A DNA stretch of 64,000 bases, taken from assembly GCA_019057795.1 (NCBI GenBank), contig JAHLWS010000082.1, positions 1-64,000 on the forward strand, written 5' to 3'. Source of the DNA: Promethearchaeota archaeon. GTDB taxonomy: Archaea > Asgardarchaeota > Lokiarchaeia > Sigyniarchaeales > SOKP01. The stretch's first letter is position 1. Each line of letters opens with the position of its first letter. Below the pieces are notes generated by a model that saw only the letters and a program-made list of their open reading frames with translations, was not told where the DNA came from and did not search any database. A program made the position numbers and the translations under genes. Shown here one piece after another: positions 38,797 through 49,614 of this stretch.

Positions 38797-39324
38797 ATGG
38801 ATTTACTGAAAGAAATTAGGAATGTACCTGATTGGCCAAAACCAGGTATTCAATTTAAAGATATAACTACTTTAGCGAAAAATCCAGCAGCTTTCAAAGA
38901 ATCATGCGACCTTATAATTAAAAAATATAAGAAAAAAAATATTGATGAAGTTGCTGCAATTGAGGCTAGAGGTTATGTTTGGGGTGGAGTTATAGCTTAT
39001 CAACTAGGAACAGGGTTTATATTAATTCGAAAACCAGGTAAATTACCTGCAGACACAATTATTGAAGAATACGAATTAGAATATGGAACAGACAAGATTG
39101 AGATGCATGTTGATGCTATAAAGAAAGGTGAAAGAGTATTATTATTTGACGACTTATTAGCCACTGGAGGGACTGCAAAAGCAGCCTGTAATCTGATTGA
39201 AAAGGCAGGTGGGGTTGTTGCTGGAATAGCATTTGTGATAGAGCTTACAGGTAGTTTACATGGTCGTGATAAATTAGAAGGATATGACGTCCTTAGCCTT
39301 CTCGAAATACCGGTTGAAGAGTAA
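38797..39324 (+). CDS. apt: Adenine phosphoribosyltransferase
   Basis: PDWPKPGIQFKDIT, IEARG, RKPGKLP, LEYG and DDLLATGGT. Confidence 0.96.
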   Translation: MDLLKEIRNVPDWPKPGIQFKDITTLAKNPAAFKESCDLIIKKYKKKNIDEVAAIEARGYVWGGVIAYQLGTGFILIRKPGKLPADTIIEEYELEYGTDKIEMHVDAIKKGERVLLFDDLLATGGTAKAACNLIEKAGGVVAGIAFVIELTGSLHGRDKLEGYDVLSLLEIPVEE

Positions 39325-39449
39325 CCGAAATTTTTTATTTACATGTCTACCCATTTTTTTCCCTTAATTCTCTCTTTTTTTTAGTCTGAAAACTTAAATA
39401 ATTCTCTGTACTTTATACTCACAGTATTAAAATAAACACATTACAAGGT

Positions 39450-40544
39450 GTGGATGTGATTCAAGAACTGAAAAAAACTCCATTTTATAATATTCACGTG
39501 AATTTAGGAGCAAGGATGGTTGACTTTGCTGGTTTTAGTATGCCAGTGCAGTACGAAAGCATTATAAAAGAACACGAAGCGGTACGCAATAAAGCGGGTG
39601 TGTTTGACGTGTCACATATGGGGGAATTCCTGTTAGAAGGGAAAGATGTAATATCACTTCTTCAATATGTTATGATTAACGATTTAAAGCTACTAGAACC
39701 CACAAAAGGACAATATTCATGTATGTGTTACGAAAATGGGACTGTTGTTGACGATCTTGTTTATTACGAGGAAGAACCTGAGCGATTTAGAATGATCGTT
39801 AACGCTAGCAATATCGAAAAAGATTTTCAATGGTTAAACGAGCATATTGGAAGTAAAGATGTTAAAATTACTAATTTATCCTTAAAGCGATGTCGTTTAG
39901 CGTTTCAAGGTCCAAAATCTGACGAATATCTCCAACCGTTAGTGGATGTTGATTTATCTTCGATAAACAGGTTTTATTTTGCTCACACTACGTTAAACGG
40001 GGCTCCAATATTTATAGCTAGAACTGGGTATACAGGTGAGCGAGGGTTTGAAATTTCATTTGATAATAAATATGCTGAGAAAATATGGAATGATTTAATT
40101 AAAACTGGAGCCTCACCAGCAGGTTTAGGAGCGCGAGATTCGTTGAGATTAGAAGCAACATACTCATTATATGGACACGAAATTAGCGATTCAATTACGC
40201 CTATTGAAGCTGGACTTTTTTGGCTCGTCAAACCTAAAGAGGGTATCGATTATATTGGAAAAGAAATTTTATTAAAACAAAAATCCGAAGGAACAGATCG
40301 AATTATTGTTGGGTTGAATCTGCTGGATAGAGGTATTATTAGAGAGCATTATAAACTTTTTATTAAAGGCGAGGAAATTGGATATGTAACATCAGGTGGA
40401 TATTCACCTACCCTCAAAAAAACAATAGGCTTAGGCCTAATTAAAAATCAATATCGTGAGGAAGGAAATAAGCTTGAAATTGAAATTCGCAATAGACTCT
40501 TAAAAGGAGAAATAGTTTCTACACCGTTTTATCGTAATGTTTGA
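39450..40544 (+). CDS. gcvT: Glycine cleavage system T protein (aminomethyltransferase)
   Basis: [34 protein letters not shown] and [12 protein letters not shown]. Confidence 0.96.
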   Translation: MDVIQELKKTPFYNIHVNLGARMVDFAGFSMPVQYESIIKEHEAVRNKAGVFDVSHMGEFLLEGKDVISLLQYVMINDLKLLEPTKGQYSCMCYENGTVVDDLVYYEEEPERFRMIVNASNIEKDFQWLNEHIGSKDVKITNLSLKRCRLAFQGPKSDEYLQPLVDVDLSSINRFYFAHTTLNGAPIFIARTGYTGERGFEISFDNKYAEKIWNDLIKTGASPAGLGARDSLRLEATYSLYGHEISDSITPIEAGLFWLVKPKEGIDYIGKEILLKQKSEGTDRIIVGLNLLDRGIIREHYKLFIKGEEIGYVTSGGYSPTLKKTIGLGLIKNQYREEGNKLEIEIRNRLLKGEIVSTPFYRNV

Positions 40545-40579
40545 GTGAAGTAAATATAATAATTTAAATGTGAAAAATT

Positions 40580-40975
40580 ATGGAATACGAATTTCCAGAT
40601 GATTTAAAATATATGAAGACACATGAATGGGTGCGAATTGAAGGCGATACGGCTACAATAGGTATTACCGATTATGCTCAACATCAATTAGGTGATATAG
40701 TTTATGTTGAATTACCCGAAATAGGAAGAACGCTAGAAAAAAATAGTAGTGCCGGTGAAATTGAATCCGTTAAGGCAGTTGGAGAAATTCTGATGCCATT
40801 ATCCGGAGAAATCGTTGAGATTAACGCTATTATAATAGAAAACCCCGAATCAATTAATTCTTCTCCTTATGGGGATGGTTGGATGATGAAGATAAAGGTT
40901 TCAAATAGTAGCGAAATTAACGAACTTTTATCCGTTGAAGATTATAAAAAAATAGTAGAAGAAGAGAAAAAATAA
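40580..40975 (+). CDS. gcvH: Glycine cleavage system H protein
   Basis: HEWV, GITDYAQHQLGDIVYVELP, lipoyl motif IESVKA and PYGDGW. Confidence 0.96.
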   Translation: MEYEFPDDLKYMKTHEWVRIEGDTATIGITDYAQHQLGDIVYVELPEIGRTLEKNSSAGEIESVKAVGEILMPLSGEIVEINAIIIENPESINSSPYGDGWMMKIKVSNSSEINELLSVEDYKKIVEEEKK

Positions 40976-41012
40976 ACTTTTTTTCCAATTTTTAATTTTA
41001 TTTCTTAATTTC

Positions 41013-42377
41013 TTGAAGTATGAGTTGGTTAATTTGGATTTTGTACCTCATGACGATAAAACAATTACTGAAATGCTTAAAGTTATTGGCGTTAATAATT
41101 TAGAAGAATTATTCCAAGATATTCCTAAAGATTTAATTATTAACAGTTTAAATTTACCTTTAGGCTTATCCGAACCAGATGTTCTGAAAAATTTAAAAGA
41201 ACTTTCTCAAAAGAATAAAGTTTATTCTAATTCCTTTTTGGGAGCAGGTTATTATTTCCATTACATTCCTTCTTTAGTTGATTTTGTAATAAGTCGTACA
41301 GAGTTCTATACTTCATACACTCCCTATCAAGCAGAAGCTAGTCAAGGTTATTTACAAGCGATCTATGAATATCAAAGTGTAATTTCTCGACTCACTCAGA
41401 TGGATGTTGCCAATGCTAGTATGTACGATGGCTCCACTGCGCTTGCGGAAGCGGCTATTATGGCAACTATAATAACAAGGAAAAACCGTTTATTATTATT
41501 GGAAGGCATTCATCCCGAATATTCTGAAGTTGTCAAAACTTATTGTTGGGGACAAGGAATCAATCTTAGAATTATCGCTGAAAATGAATTAATAGACGAA
41601 TTAAACCAAGATATTGCAGCTGTTTTATTTCAGAGTCCAAATTTCTTTGGAGATATTGAAGATGTATCGTCGTTAGCAAAAAAAGTGAAAGAAAAAGCTC
41701 CTAATTGCTTATTGATACAATGTATGACCGATCCCACCTGTTTAGGTGTTCTGAAACCACCAGGAGAAACAGATGTAGATATTTTTGTAGCAGAAGGACA
41801 GTCTTTCGGAATTAGTCCCTCATTTGGTGGACCGGGATTAGGGATTTTTACAGCAAAGCAAAAATATTTGAGGAAAATGCCAGGTAGATTGGTTGGCAAA
41901 ACAAAAGAAATTAACGGCGAACGCGAGGGATTTTTATTAACGTTACAAGCCCGTGAGCAACATATACGAAGAGAAAAAGCGAGTTCAAATATATGCACAA
42001 ACCAAGCATTATGTTCATTATCTGCCTTAATTTATATTATATCTTTAGGAAAAACAGGATTGCGCGAAATCGCAAGCCAAAACTTTCAAAAAGCTAATTA
42101 TGTTAAAAACAAACTAAATGAAATTCCTGGTTATGAAATTTTAAACAAAAAACCAACTTATAACGAATTTATTGTAAAATGTCCAGATGTTGATGCTCTT
42201 ACTCATGAATGCAAGCAATTAAACTTGCTTCCTCCCCTCCGTCTCTCAAAGTATTTTCCAAATTTGAAGAACACAGTTTTAGTGTGTGTAACAGAAATTA
42301 ATTCTCGGGAATCAATTGAAAAGTTTATCAATGCTGCTAAAAACGCTCTATATAACAAAAAGGAGGGAAAAAAATAA
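41013..42377 (+). CDS. gcvPA: Glycine dehydrogenase (decarboxylating) subunit 1
   Basis: FLGAGYY, EFYTSYTPYQAEASQG, NASMYDG and REQHIRREKASSNICTNQAL. The start may be TTG 41034. Confidence 0.95.
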   Translation: MKYELVNLDFVPHDDKTITEMLKVIGVNNLEELFQDIPKDLIINSLNLPLGLSEPDVLKNLKELSQKNKVYSNSFLGAGYYFHYIPSLVDFVISRTEFYTSYTPYQAEASQGYLQAIYEYQSVISRLTQMDVANASMYDGSTALAEAAIMATIITRKNRLLLLEGIHPEYSEVVKTYCWGQGINLRIIAENELIDELNQDIAAVLFQSPNFFGDIEDVSSLAKKVKEKAPNCLLIQCMTDPTCLGVLKPPGETDVDIFVAEGQSFGISPSFGGPGLGIFTAKQKYLRKMPGRLVGKTKEINGEREGFLLTLQAREQHIRREKASSNICTNQALCSLSALIYIISLGKTGLREIASQNFQKANYVKNKLNEIPGYEILNKKPTYNEFIVKCPDVDALTHECKQLNLLPPLRLSKYFPNLKNTVLVCVTEINSRESIEKFINAAKNALYNKKEGKK

Positions 42378-43813
42378 TGGATAATAATGATTCTTTGATT
42401 TTTGAAAAAGGGGTTGACCGCGCCCAAAAGAATTTTATTCCAAAAATGGATGTTAATGGTGAAAAACTTGAGGACATCCTCCCCAAGAATCTCTTAAGAG
42501 ATGTGCTTCCAATTCCAGATGTTCCTGAGGTGGAGATCGTTCGCCATTATGTTAAATTAAGCACATTAAACTACGGTGTAGATTCAGGAATTTATCCTTT
42601 AGGCTCTTGTACCATGAAATATAACCCCAAAATTAACGAGATAGTAGTACGATTGACTGAATTTTCGCAAATACATCCACTTCAGGATGAAAGTGAAGGT
42701 TCACTTGAATTATTATACAATATTTCAATAATGTTAGGTGAAATTACTGGTATGGACGGATTTACCTTACAACCTGCAGCAGGAGCGCATGGAGAATTAG
42801 TTGGTTTATTAATAATAAAAAAATATTTCGAGACTAAAGGGATTATCAAAGATAAAATTATAGTTCCAGATTCGGCACACGGCACTAATCCTGCGTCGGC
42901 GAAAATGGCGGGATTTTCAATTATTGAATTACAATCAAACGAATACGGTGAAGTTCCACTAGACCATCTTGAATTTGCAATGCAACAAGGAGATGTAGCA
43001 GGAATTATGCTTACAAATCCTAACACATTAGGTGTTTTTGACAGACAAATTAAAGATATAACTAGAATCGTCCATAAGCATGGGGGGTTATGTTATTACG
43101 ATGGAGCAAATTTAAATCCCATGTTAGGAATTTGTCGCCCCAGAGATATGGGTTTTGATATAATTCATTTGAACTTACATAAAACTTTTTCAACCCCTCA
43201 CGGTGGTGGAGGACCTGGTTCGGGACCTATTGGTGTTACAAATGAACTCATCCCATTTTTACCAAAACCCTGTATAATTTCGACTAATGATGGTATTGTT
43301 TGCGAACAGAATAATAATAAATCAATTGGCCGAATTAAAGCTTTTTGGGGTAATTTTGAGGTAATATTAAGAGCATATACTTATATTCTATCTTTAGGAG
43401 CAGAGGGGTTAAAACGGGTTGGCCAGATAGCCGTTTTAAACGCTAACTACCTAAAAAGTTTGCTACAAAAGAAATATGAGCTTCCATATAACCGCAGGTG
43501 TCAACACGAATTTGTTTTGTCAGATAAAAATTTACCAAACGATATTACAACTGAAGATGTTGCTAAAAGAATTCTTGATTATGGTTATTACGCTCCAACT
43601 ATTTACTTCCCCTTAATTGTAAATGGAGCAATAATGATTGAACCAACAGAAACAGAATCTAAACATTCCTTAGATAAATTCGTTGAAGCAATGTTAAAGA
43701 TTTACGATGAAGCGTTGGAAAAACCTGGACTCTTGAAAACTGCGCCACATAACACTCCAATTGGACGATTAGACGCAGTGTTCGCTGCAAGAAAACCAAT
43801 CTTGCATGATTAA
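42377..43813 (+). CDS. gcvPB: Glycine dehydrogenase (decarboxylating) subunit 2
   Basis: YPLGSCTMKYNP, QPAAGAHGE, SAHGTNPAS and the PLP motif HLNLHKTFSTPHGGGGPG. Confidence 0.96.
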   Translation: MDNNDSLIFEKGVDRAQKNFIPKMDVNGEKLEDILPKNLLRDVLPIPDVPEVEIVRHYVKLSTLNYGVDSGIYPLGSCTMKYNPKINEIVVRLTEFSQIHPLQDESEGSLELLYNISIMLGEITGMDGFTLQPAAGAHGELVGLLIIKKYFETKGIIKDKIIVPDSAHGTNPASAKMAGFSIIELQSNEYGEVPLDHLEFAMQQGDVAGIMLTNPNTLGVFDRQIKDITRIVHKHGGLCYYDGANLNPMLGICRPRDMGFDIIHLNLHKTFSTPHGGGGPGSGPIGVTNELIPFLPKPCIISTNDGIVCEQNNNKSIGRIKAFWGNFEVILRAYTYILSLGAEGLKRVGQIAVLNANYLKSLLQKKYELPYNRRCQHEFVLSDKNLPNDITTEDVAKRILDYGYYAPTIYFPLIVNGAIMIEPTETESKHSLDKFVEAMLKIYDEALEKPGLLKTAPHNTPIGRLDAVFAARKPILHD

Positions 43814-43889
43814 TTTTATTTATTTTTATAATCGATCCAAAAACAAGCAGAAATTAAAAAAAAATTACAAATAGAATTAAACTATTTTT

Positions 43890-44768
43890 TTAAATAATTG
43901 CTCCAGTCAAAGTATGTTTACAAGCACAATCTCTTTCAGTGTCTATTTTTGGAATAGTTAATTCCAACATTTTTTTAAGATTGCCAGCATTTTTCTCCAT
44001 TGTTCCTAAAATTTCTTCTATACTTACCGCGAGCTTTTCTACGGGGCCTCCACATTTCGCACATTTTTCTTGAACTTCAACAACCCCACAAATTGAGCAT
44101 TCTCCTGCCCACACATCTAAATCAGTCACCATCGCAATACAACAATAACAAATCTCTTTTTCGGCAGCTAATACTACTTCTGGATATGTTGTCATTCCAA
44201 TGATATCTCCGCCCCATTGTCTAAACATTTTAGATTCTGCTCTAGTTGAGAATCGAGGTCCTTCGATACAAACATATGTACCGCCGTTTTGAATTTCTAA
44301 CCCCTCAATGGATTTTCCAGTTTCGTAAAATAAATTATTTAAATAAGAGCAATAAGGGTCCGCTTGGCTAATGTGACAAACTTGCCCACCTTCATAAAAA
44401 GTATCCAACCTCTTTTTAGTTCTATCAATGTATTGATCAACCATTACAAATTTGCGTTTGTCATGCTCCTTTTTCAGAGATCCAACTGCTGAAGGTGAAA
44501 TTATAAATTTTACTCCCAATTCTTTTAAAGCCCAGAGATTAGCTCTAGAATTTACTTTATGAGGTGGTGTTGTATGTCCAGCTCCATGACGAGATATAAA
44601 TGCGACTTTCTTTCCTTTAAATTCACCAACTTTAACAAAATCAGATGTATTTCCATATGGTGTGTATACCTTTATTTCCTCAATATTATCGAGTTCAACA
44701 CCTGAACCCGTTCCACCAATAATTGCTATTGAAGCGGATTTCGACTTTAAATCTTGTTTTGATAGCAT
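43890..44768 (-). CDS. mtnP: S-methyl-5'-thioadenosine phosphorylase
   Basis: IIGGTG, TPYG, RHG, ANLWAL, EGPRFSTRAES, GMT and VTD.D.W. Also carries an extra CxxC...CxxC insert near the C-terminus. Confidence 0.92.
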   Translation of the reverse strand: MLSKQDLKSKSASIAIIGGTGSGVELDNIEEIKVYTPYGNTSDFVKVGEFKGKKVAFISRHGAGHTTPPHKVNSRANLWALKELGVKFIISPSAVGSLKKEHDKRKFVMVDQYIDRTKKRLDTFYEGGQVCHISQADPYCSYLNNLFYETGKSIEGLEIQNGGTYVCIEGPRFSTRAESKMFRQWGGDIIGMTTYPEVVLAAEKEICYCCIAMVTDLDVWAGECSICGVVEVQEKCAKCGGPVEKLAVSIEEILGTMEKNAGNLKKMLELTIPKIDTERDCACKHTLTGAII

Positions 44769-44849
44769 AATAAAAACCAATTTTTACTTATAGAAGTATT
44801 AGTTATTTTAGGTAATTGAATTAATTATTTTTATTGAATATTTCTAATA

Positions 44850-45362
44850 TTAAAAATCATTTTTTCTACTACTTACTTCTTTTTTATTATTATTATTGTT
44901 ATTAATAAAATATTCAATAAATTTATTAGAATAATCTTTAACAATATCATATGCTCCATTCTCTAATGCTAATTCTGCTCTATTTAGCTTTAAACAAAGT
45001 ATTGGCGGATAGATTATTTCAGGGTTTATATTGTCTTTAAGAAATTCAACCCAGAATGGTTCGATTTTAATATCGGCTAGTACAATATAAAAACCTGATA
45101 CTGCCTTAATAATGAGATTAGTTTTTTTTGAGATTTCCAAATATTTAAGCAACCAATTTTGAATTTCCAAACTTGGGATAACCTCGCTTATATAGTCTCC
45201 GACAATCAAGTAATCTAGCCTTTCTTCAACCAAGAAAGCAGGATCAATCTTTTTAGCATTTCCTAAAGATACATCAATGTAATCTTCCAAGCGATCCTGA
45301 AGCATCTCAGCAATAATCTTTGAGAATCCAATTCCTTCTTTATATATTATCCATAATTTCAT
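44850..45362 (-). CDS. Hypothetical protein, degenerate flavodoxin-like fold
   Basis: IIYKEGIGFSKIIAEML resembles the flavodoxin start (Y.S..GNT..IAE). GGTGA SD present. Confidence 0.6.
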   Translation of the reverse strand: MKLWIIYKEGIGFSKIIAEMLQDRLEDYIDVSLGNAKKIDPAFLVEERLDYLIVGDYISEVIPSLEIQNWLLKYLEISKKTNLIIKAVSGFYIVLADIKIEPFWVEFLKDNINPEIIYPPILCLKLNRAELALENGAYDIVKDYSNKFIEYFINNNNNNKKEVSSRKNDF

Positions 45363-45402
45363 TTTAATTCACCTAATTTTATCAAAATTAAATCTATTCT
45401 GT

Positions 45403-45507
45403 TTAATAACTTATTTCTATTTCATAACCTAGTGGCAGTAGCAATATTAAATATACAACCAAAATAAACAGAAAGAGAAACCCAGATAACCACATTTCGA
45501 TACTCAA
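45403..45507 (-). pseudogene. Probable truncated 5' remnant of a membrane-protein gene
   Basis: TTG overlaps the upstream stop (TTGA). Translates as [34 protein letters not shown], a single TM segment followed by an abrupt end at the island edge. Confidence 0.45.
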
Positions 45508-46523
45508 GGGGAACCCTCTAATTTATTCTTCATATTTTTCTCCATAGTTATTACTACATTCCCCTTTTTGTGTCCTGTTTCAACATACTTGTGGGCCTCG
45601 GCAGTCTGGTCCAGCGGATAGCGTCTATCTATGACCGATTTTATCTTCCCTGCCTCAATAAGCTCTTTGAGGAAGAGTAAATCTTCAGTCTTTAGGTATG
45701 CTGCCCCGAATATCACTTTCTTGCTGCTTGTCATTGAAGTCCATCGCCCTCGAATAATTGATGACAGCTTAGGGTTAGCTATAAGATAGCGTCCGTTTTC
45801 CTTTAGCGAACTTATACTACCTGAAAATGTACTCTTGCTTACCACATCAAGAATAAAATCATAGGTCTCACCGTTTTTGGTGAAATCTTCTTGAGTGTAA
45901 TCAATGACCTGATCTGCACCAATGGAGTACAGCTTGTCCAATTTCCTCGCGCTATCCACACCAGTCACTTCAGCTCCAAAGTACTTGGCAAGCTGTACCG
46001 CAAATGTACCTATAGTCCCCCCCGCACCATTAATCAGAACCTTTTGTCCGCTCTGGATATTTCCTTGTCTAATAAAATGCAATGCTTCAAGTCCCCCAAC
46101 AGGAACGGTGGCAGCTTCCTCCAAGGTCATATTGGCCGGTTTTATTGCCAGTACCCCTTCTTCAGGTTCTTCAGGCAAACATATATACTCGGCACAAGCA
46201 CCCATACCAGCAAAACCGGTAGCTGCAAAAACTTGGTCACATTTCTTAAACAGTTTTACATCTTTGCCTACTGATTCAATTTCCCCGGCTAACTCCATCC
46301 CTAGTATAGTTATTCTCTTTGGTTTTCTGAGACCAATATATAGTCGCATGAGGTACCGGTACAAGATTGCGTTTTTCATTCTTCGCATTTCACAGTCCCC
46401 TGCTGTTACTGTTGTCGCATGTATTTTTACCAGTATTTCATTGTCCTTGGGAGTTGGTTTTTCTACTTCTTTGAGTTGAAGAACTTCCGGTGGTCCGTAC
46501 TTTGTCCATACAATCGCTTTCAT
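45504..46523 (-). CDS. MDR-family NAD(P)-dependent oxidoreductase (quinone reductase/alcohol dehydrogenase-like)
   Basis: MKAIV...[34 protein letters not shown] and HKKGNVVI. Confidence 0.92.
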   Translation of the reverse strand: MKAIVWTKYGPPEVLQLKEVEKPTPKDNEILVKIHATTVTAGDCEMRRMKNAILYRYLMRLYIGLRKPKRITILGMELAGEIESVGKDVKLFKKCDQVFAATGFAGMGACAEYICLPEEPEEGVLAIKPANMTLEEAATVPVGGLEALHFIRQGNIQSGQKVLINGAGGTIGTFAVQLAKYFGAEVTGVDSARKLDKLYSIGADQVIDYTQEDFTKNGETYDFILDVVSKSTFSGSISSLKENGRYLIANPKLSSIIRGRWTSMTSSKKVIFGAAYLKTEDLLFLKELIEAGKIKSVIDRRYPLDQTAEAHKYVETGHKKGNVVITMEKNMKNKLEGSP

Positions 46524-46531
46524 AAGGATCC

Positions 46532-47485
46532 CTACAGGGTTATTACAACATTCCCCTTTTTGTGTACTTTATCGACATATTTGTGAGCCTCAACAATTTC
46601 TTCCAACGGATAGGTTCTATCTATGGCCGATTTAAGCTTTCCCGCTTCAATAACTTCTTTGAGAAAGAGGAGATCTTCAGTTTTTAAGTTTTTTCCATTA
46701 CCCGAAGATTTCATTACGTTAAGATAGATTCCTCCCTTCTTTAGAGCCTTTTTACCTCGTGAAGACGAAATCTTGGCTACTGCATCAAAAATAACGTCAT
46801 AAGTTTCACCACTTTGGGTAAAATCCTCTTTTGTGTAATCAATTACCTTATCAGCTCCTAGAGATCTCACCATTTCAAAATTCGTGGTACTGCATACCCC
46901 AGTAACTTCTGGCCCAAAGTGTTTGGCAAGCTGGACTGAAAATGTACCTACACTTCCTGATGCTCCATAAATAAGGACTTTTTGTCCGCTCTGGATATTT
47001 GCCTTTCTAATACAAGTTAATGCTGTAATTCCCCCACCAGCAACAGGGGCGGCTTCCTCAAAAGTCATGTTGGTCGGTTTTATTGCCAGCATCCCTTCTT
47101 TTGGCACCCTTCCTTTGTCAACTTCTTCAGACAGACATATGTACTCGGCATAAGCACCTTAACCAAAACCAGAAAATGAAAAAACTTGGTCACCTTTTTT
47201 AAATCGTTTTACATCTTTACCTACTGCTTCAACCTCCCCGGCTAGCTCAAACCCTAGTATAGTTATTTTTTTTGGTCCTCTGAGACCATACACCAGTCGC
47301 GCAAAGAACGTTATCAGGGGAGAAAATCTTATAAAGCCGCTTCGAAATGTAATGTCCCCTTGTGTTACTGTTGTTGCATGAATCTTCACGAGTACTTCAT
47401 TGTCCTTGGGAGTTGGTTTTTCTACTTCTTTGAGCTGAAGAACTTCCGGAGGTCCGTATTTTGTGTAAACAATCGCTTTCATCAA
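46532..47485 (-). pseudogene. Second MDR oxidoreductase paralog with one in-frame TAA at 47159-47161
   Basis: ORFs 47159..47485 and 46532..47107 are in the same frame. The junction reads [13 protein letters not shown] and is collinear with the intact paralog ([15 protein letters not shown]). Confidence 0.85.
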
Positions 47486-47641
47486 ACCATCCTGTCTTAA
47501 ATCAGCCGAATCCTCTTTTTCTTTTATATATTTTGTAATTTTTTATCACCTTTTATTTTGTAAAATTTTATCCATATTTACTTGATTTTCTTTAAAAAAT
47601 TAAAAAAATTAATTAAATCTTAGATTAAATAACCTCCAATC

Positions 47642-48226
47642 TTAGTGCTTCTCTGTTTTTACAAACCCAGAAGTGAACACATCTTCGTTAAATCCTTTAG
47701 CAATAAGCCATATCGCTAGAAATACCTCATTCAACATTATTGGAAGAAAAAGAAAGATCAACATTGCAAGACTAAAGCCCATTATTTCTAACAAGTTTCC
47801 TACCAACAACATTATGACTGCAATAACACCCCAGACTGATATAAATCGTGGAATAAGTTTTGATTGATACAATAAATAATAAAATATCAGAGCACCTAGG
47901 ATAAAAATGTATGCATGACTCACATAAATCCAATCACGTATCTCTAGTAACAGAGTGTTCTGAGATAAAAACATAATTCCAGCAATAATCATTAGTCCGC
48001 CCTCAATAATCTTGATGATAATATACCCAAGATCTAATTTTTCGTTGTATGTTTTTAAGATTGGAAACATTATAACTGCAATACCAATAACTGCAACGCC
48101 ACTAATTAACTCAATGAGCATTATTATCAATGCTTCTAAAGTGCCACTAAATAGCACAGCATACGCAATTAGAATTAATGCTCCCACAATTATTGAGGAT
48201 CTACGTTGTGTTGTATCGAAGGTCAT
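47642..48226 (-). CDS. DUF4386-family membrane protein
   Basis: AVIGIAVIMFPILK, LLYQSKLIPRFISVWG and NEVFLAIWLIAKGF. May start at ATT 48259. Confidence 0.8.
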   Translation of the reverse strand: MTFDTTQRRSSIIVGALILIAYAVLFSGTLEALIIMLIELISGVAVIGIAVIMFPILKTYNEKLDLGYIIIKIIEGGLMIIAGIMFLSQNTLLLEIRDWIYVSHAYIFILGALIFYYLLYQSKLIPRFISVWGVIAVIMLLVGNLLEIMGFSLAMLIFLFLPIMLNEVFLAIWLIAKGFNEDVFTSGFVKTEKH

Positions 48227-48539
48227 TTCAGGTTTTTCATTTTTTTTTGTTTTATTAATTTTTAATCACCTTGTATTAATTTTTTTTAAATTATTAATTT
48301 TAATAGGTAGTGGGGCTCTAATAAGAGCATGTTCGAAGATAAGGAAAAAAACTAACAATGAGACCTTTTAGTAATTAAATGAGAAGATATGTATTTTTTA
48401 GTTTGAAATTAAAACAATATAAAATCTAAAAGGTCAACAAAATCCACCTTTTTCCTCTCAAATGAATAAATAATGGAACTAAATATACCATAATTTTTAC
48501 TAATTAGTTGAAATTCGGGAATAGAATAAAACTATGTTT

Positions 48540-49424
48540 TCATTTAGTTCTAAGCAACTGATCAATCCAACAATCATAATATTTCATAGAGAAGAAAATA
48601 TGCGGAATGATATCCTTGAATCCTTCAGTTTGCAGTTCTTCCTGAATTTTTTGTGAGTCTTGAGGTGTTTTTGTCCATATATACAGCATAAAGAAGTTAG
48701 GTATGTTACTAAAGCTCAAAATAAATGTAATATTTCGAGAATATTTTTCATTAATATACTGCATTGTTGAGTTTATGTTAGTGCCTTCATTTAAACGAAT
48801 AAGAAACACCGTAGTCAAATTATTTTCAGCTTTAAAAGACGTTTCAATAGTAAACGTAGCTAAATTATTCTCTCTCATTCGAACTAATCGCTTTCTAACA
48901 GTTTTGACAGATAACCCTACATCATCAGCTATATCTGTTATAGGTTTCCTTGCATTTCTATTTAGAGTCCTTAATATCTTATAATCAATGCTTGTAAGTG
49001 GTTCTGGGGTTGTTATATAAGGCACGTTCACAATCCCTACAGTTGGGTCGTTAAATTGAGCGGTATTTGAAACATAACTGGTATAATCTTGAAGTTCTGA
49101 GATATCTCTTAATGACCCTACAATCATCAGAAATTTACCACTTGCAATTGTAATAGCATAAATATTTTCATGTTGCCCTAACTCTTTACTAACAGCATCT
49201 AATGATTTTGCTTTAGAAGTACCAAAAATTACTACTACTAGATATTTCAATGCAATAAGACTCGGTCGGGCAATAAAAGCCTCAATAATCTCATCGTCTA
49301 CAAGGTTTTTTATACGTTTATGTATTGCACTTACCGACATGTTAGTAATTTCTGCTAATTCTCTATATGTCAAACGAGCATTTTCTAAAAGTTTCCTTTG
49401 AATGATTAAGTCGATTTCATCCAT
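48540..49424 (-). CDS. Lrp/AsnC-family transcriptional regulator with duplicated HTH-RAM architecture
   Basis: MDEIDLII..L.ENAR..YRELA...SAIHKRI, and a second IDYKILRTL..NARKPITDIADDVGLS..TVRKRL. Confidence 0.88.
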   Translation of the reverse strand: MDEIDLIIQRKLLENARLTYRELAEITNMSVSAIHKRIKNLVDDEIIEAFIARPSLIALKYLVVVIFGTSKAKSLDAVSKELGQHENIYAITIASGKFLMIVGSLRDISELQDYTSYVSNTAQFNDPTVGIVNVPYITTPEPLTSIDYKILRTLNRNARKPITDIADDVGLSVKTVRKRLVRMRENNLATFTIETSFKAENNLTTVFLIRLNEGTNINSTMQYINEKYSRNITFILSFSNIPNFFMLYIWTKTPQDSQKIQEELQTEGFKDIIPHIFFSMKYYDCWIDQLLRTK

Positions 49425-49614
49425 TGCGTTTTCAAGAATTAATATTTTTTATATATTTTTTATTTTAAAAATTTTTTTCAATGTTTGAATTATACTAAAT
49501 AAAAAACTTGATATTTTTGGATTGTTTTAACTAAGTAAAAAGTTTTTTGATATTTTATAGTTTAATAAGCTTTTTAAATTACAGTTTGGGTTAATTATCT
49601 AAAACAAAAAAACA

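Noticed and set aside
39325-39449. Glycine riboswitch upstream of gcvT
   Set aside because: The region is short and T-rich (terminator/promoter-like), with no aptamer core or stable stems.
44883-44906. (TTA)n tract encoding poly-Asn as a phase-variation repeat
   Set aside because: Short, imperfect, triplet (frame-preserving) and at the extreme C-terminus; expected in AT-rich DNA.
47100-47170. Programmed frameshift joining the two MDR fragments
   Set aside because: The fragments are in the same frame; the lesion is a nonsense codon.
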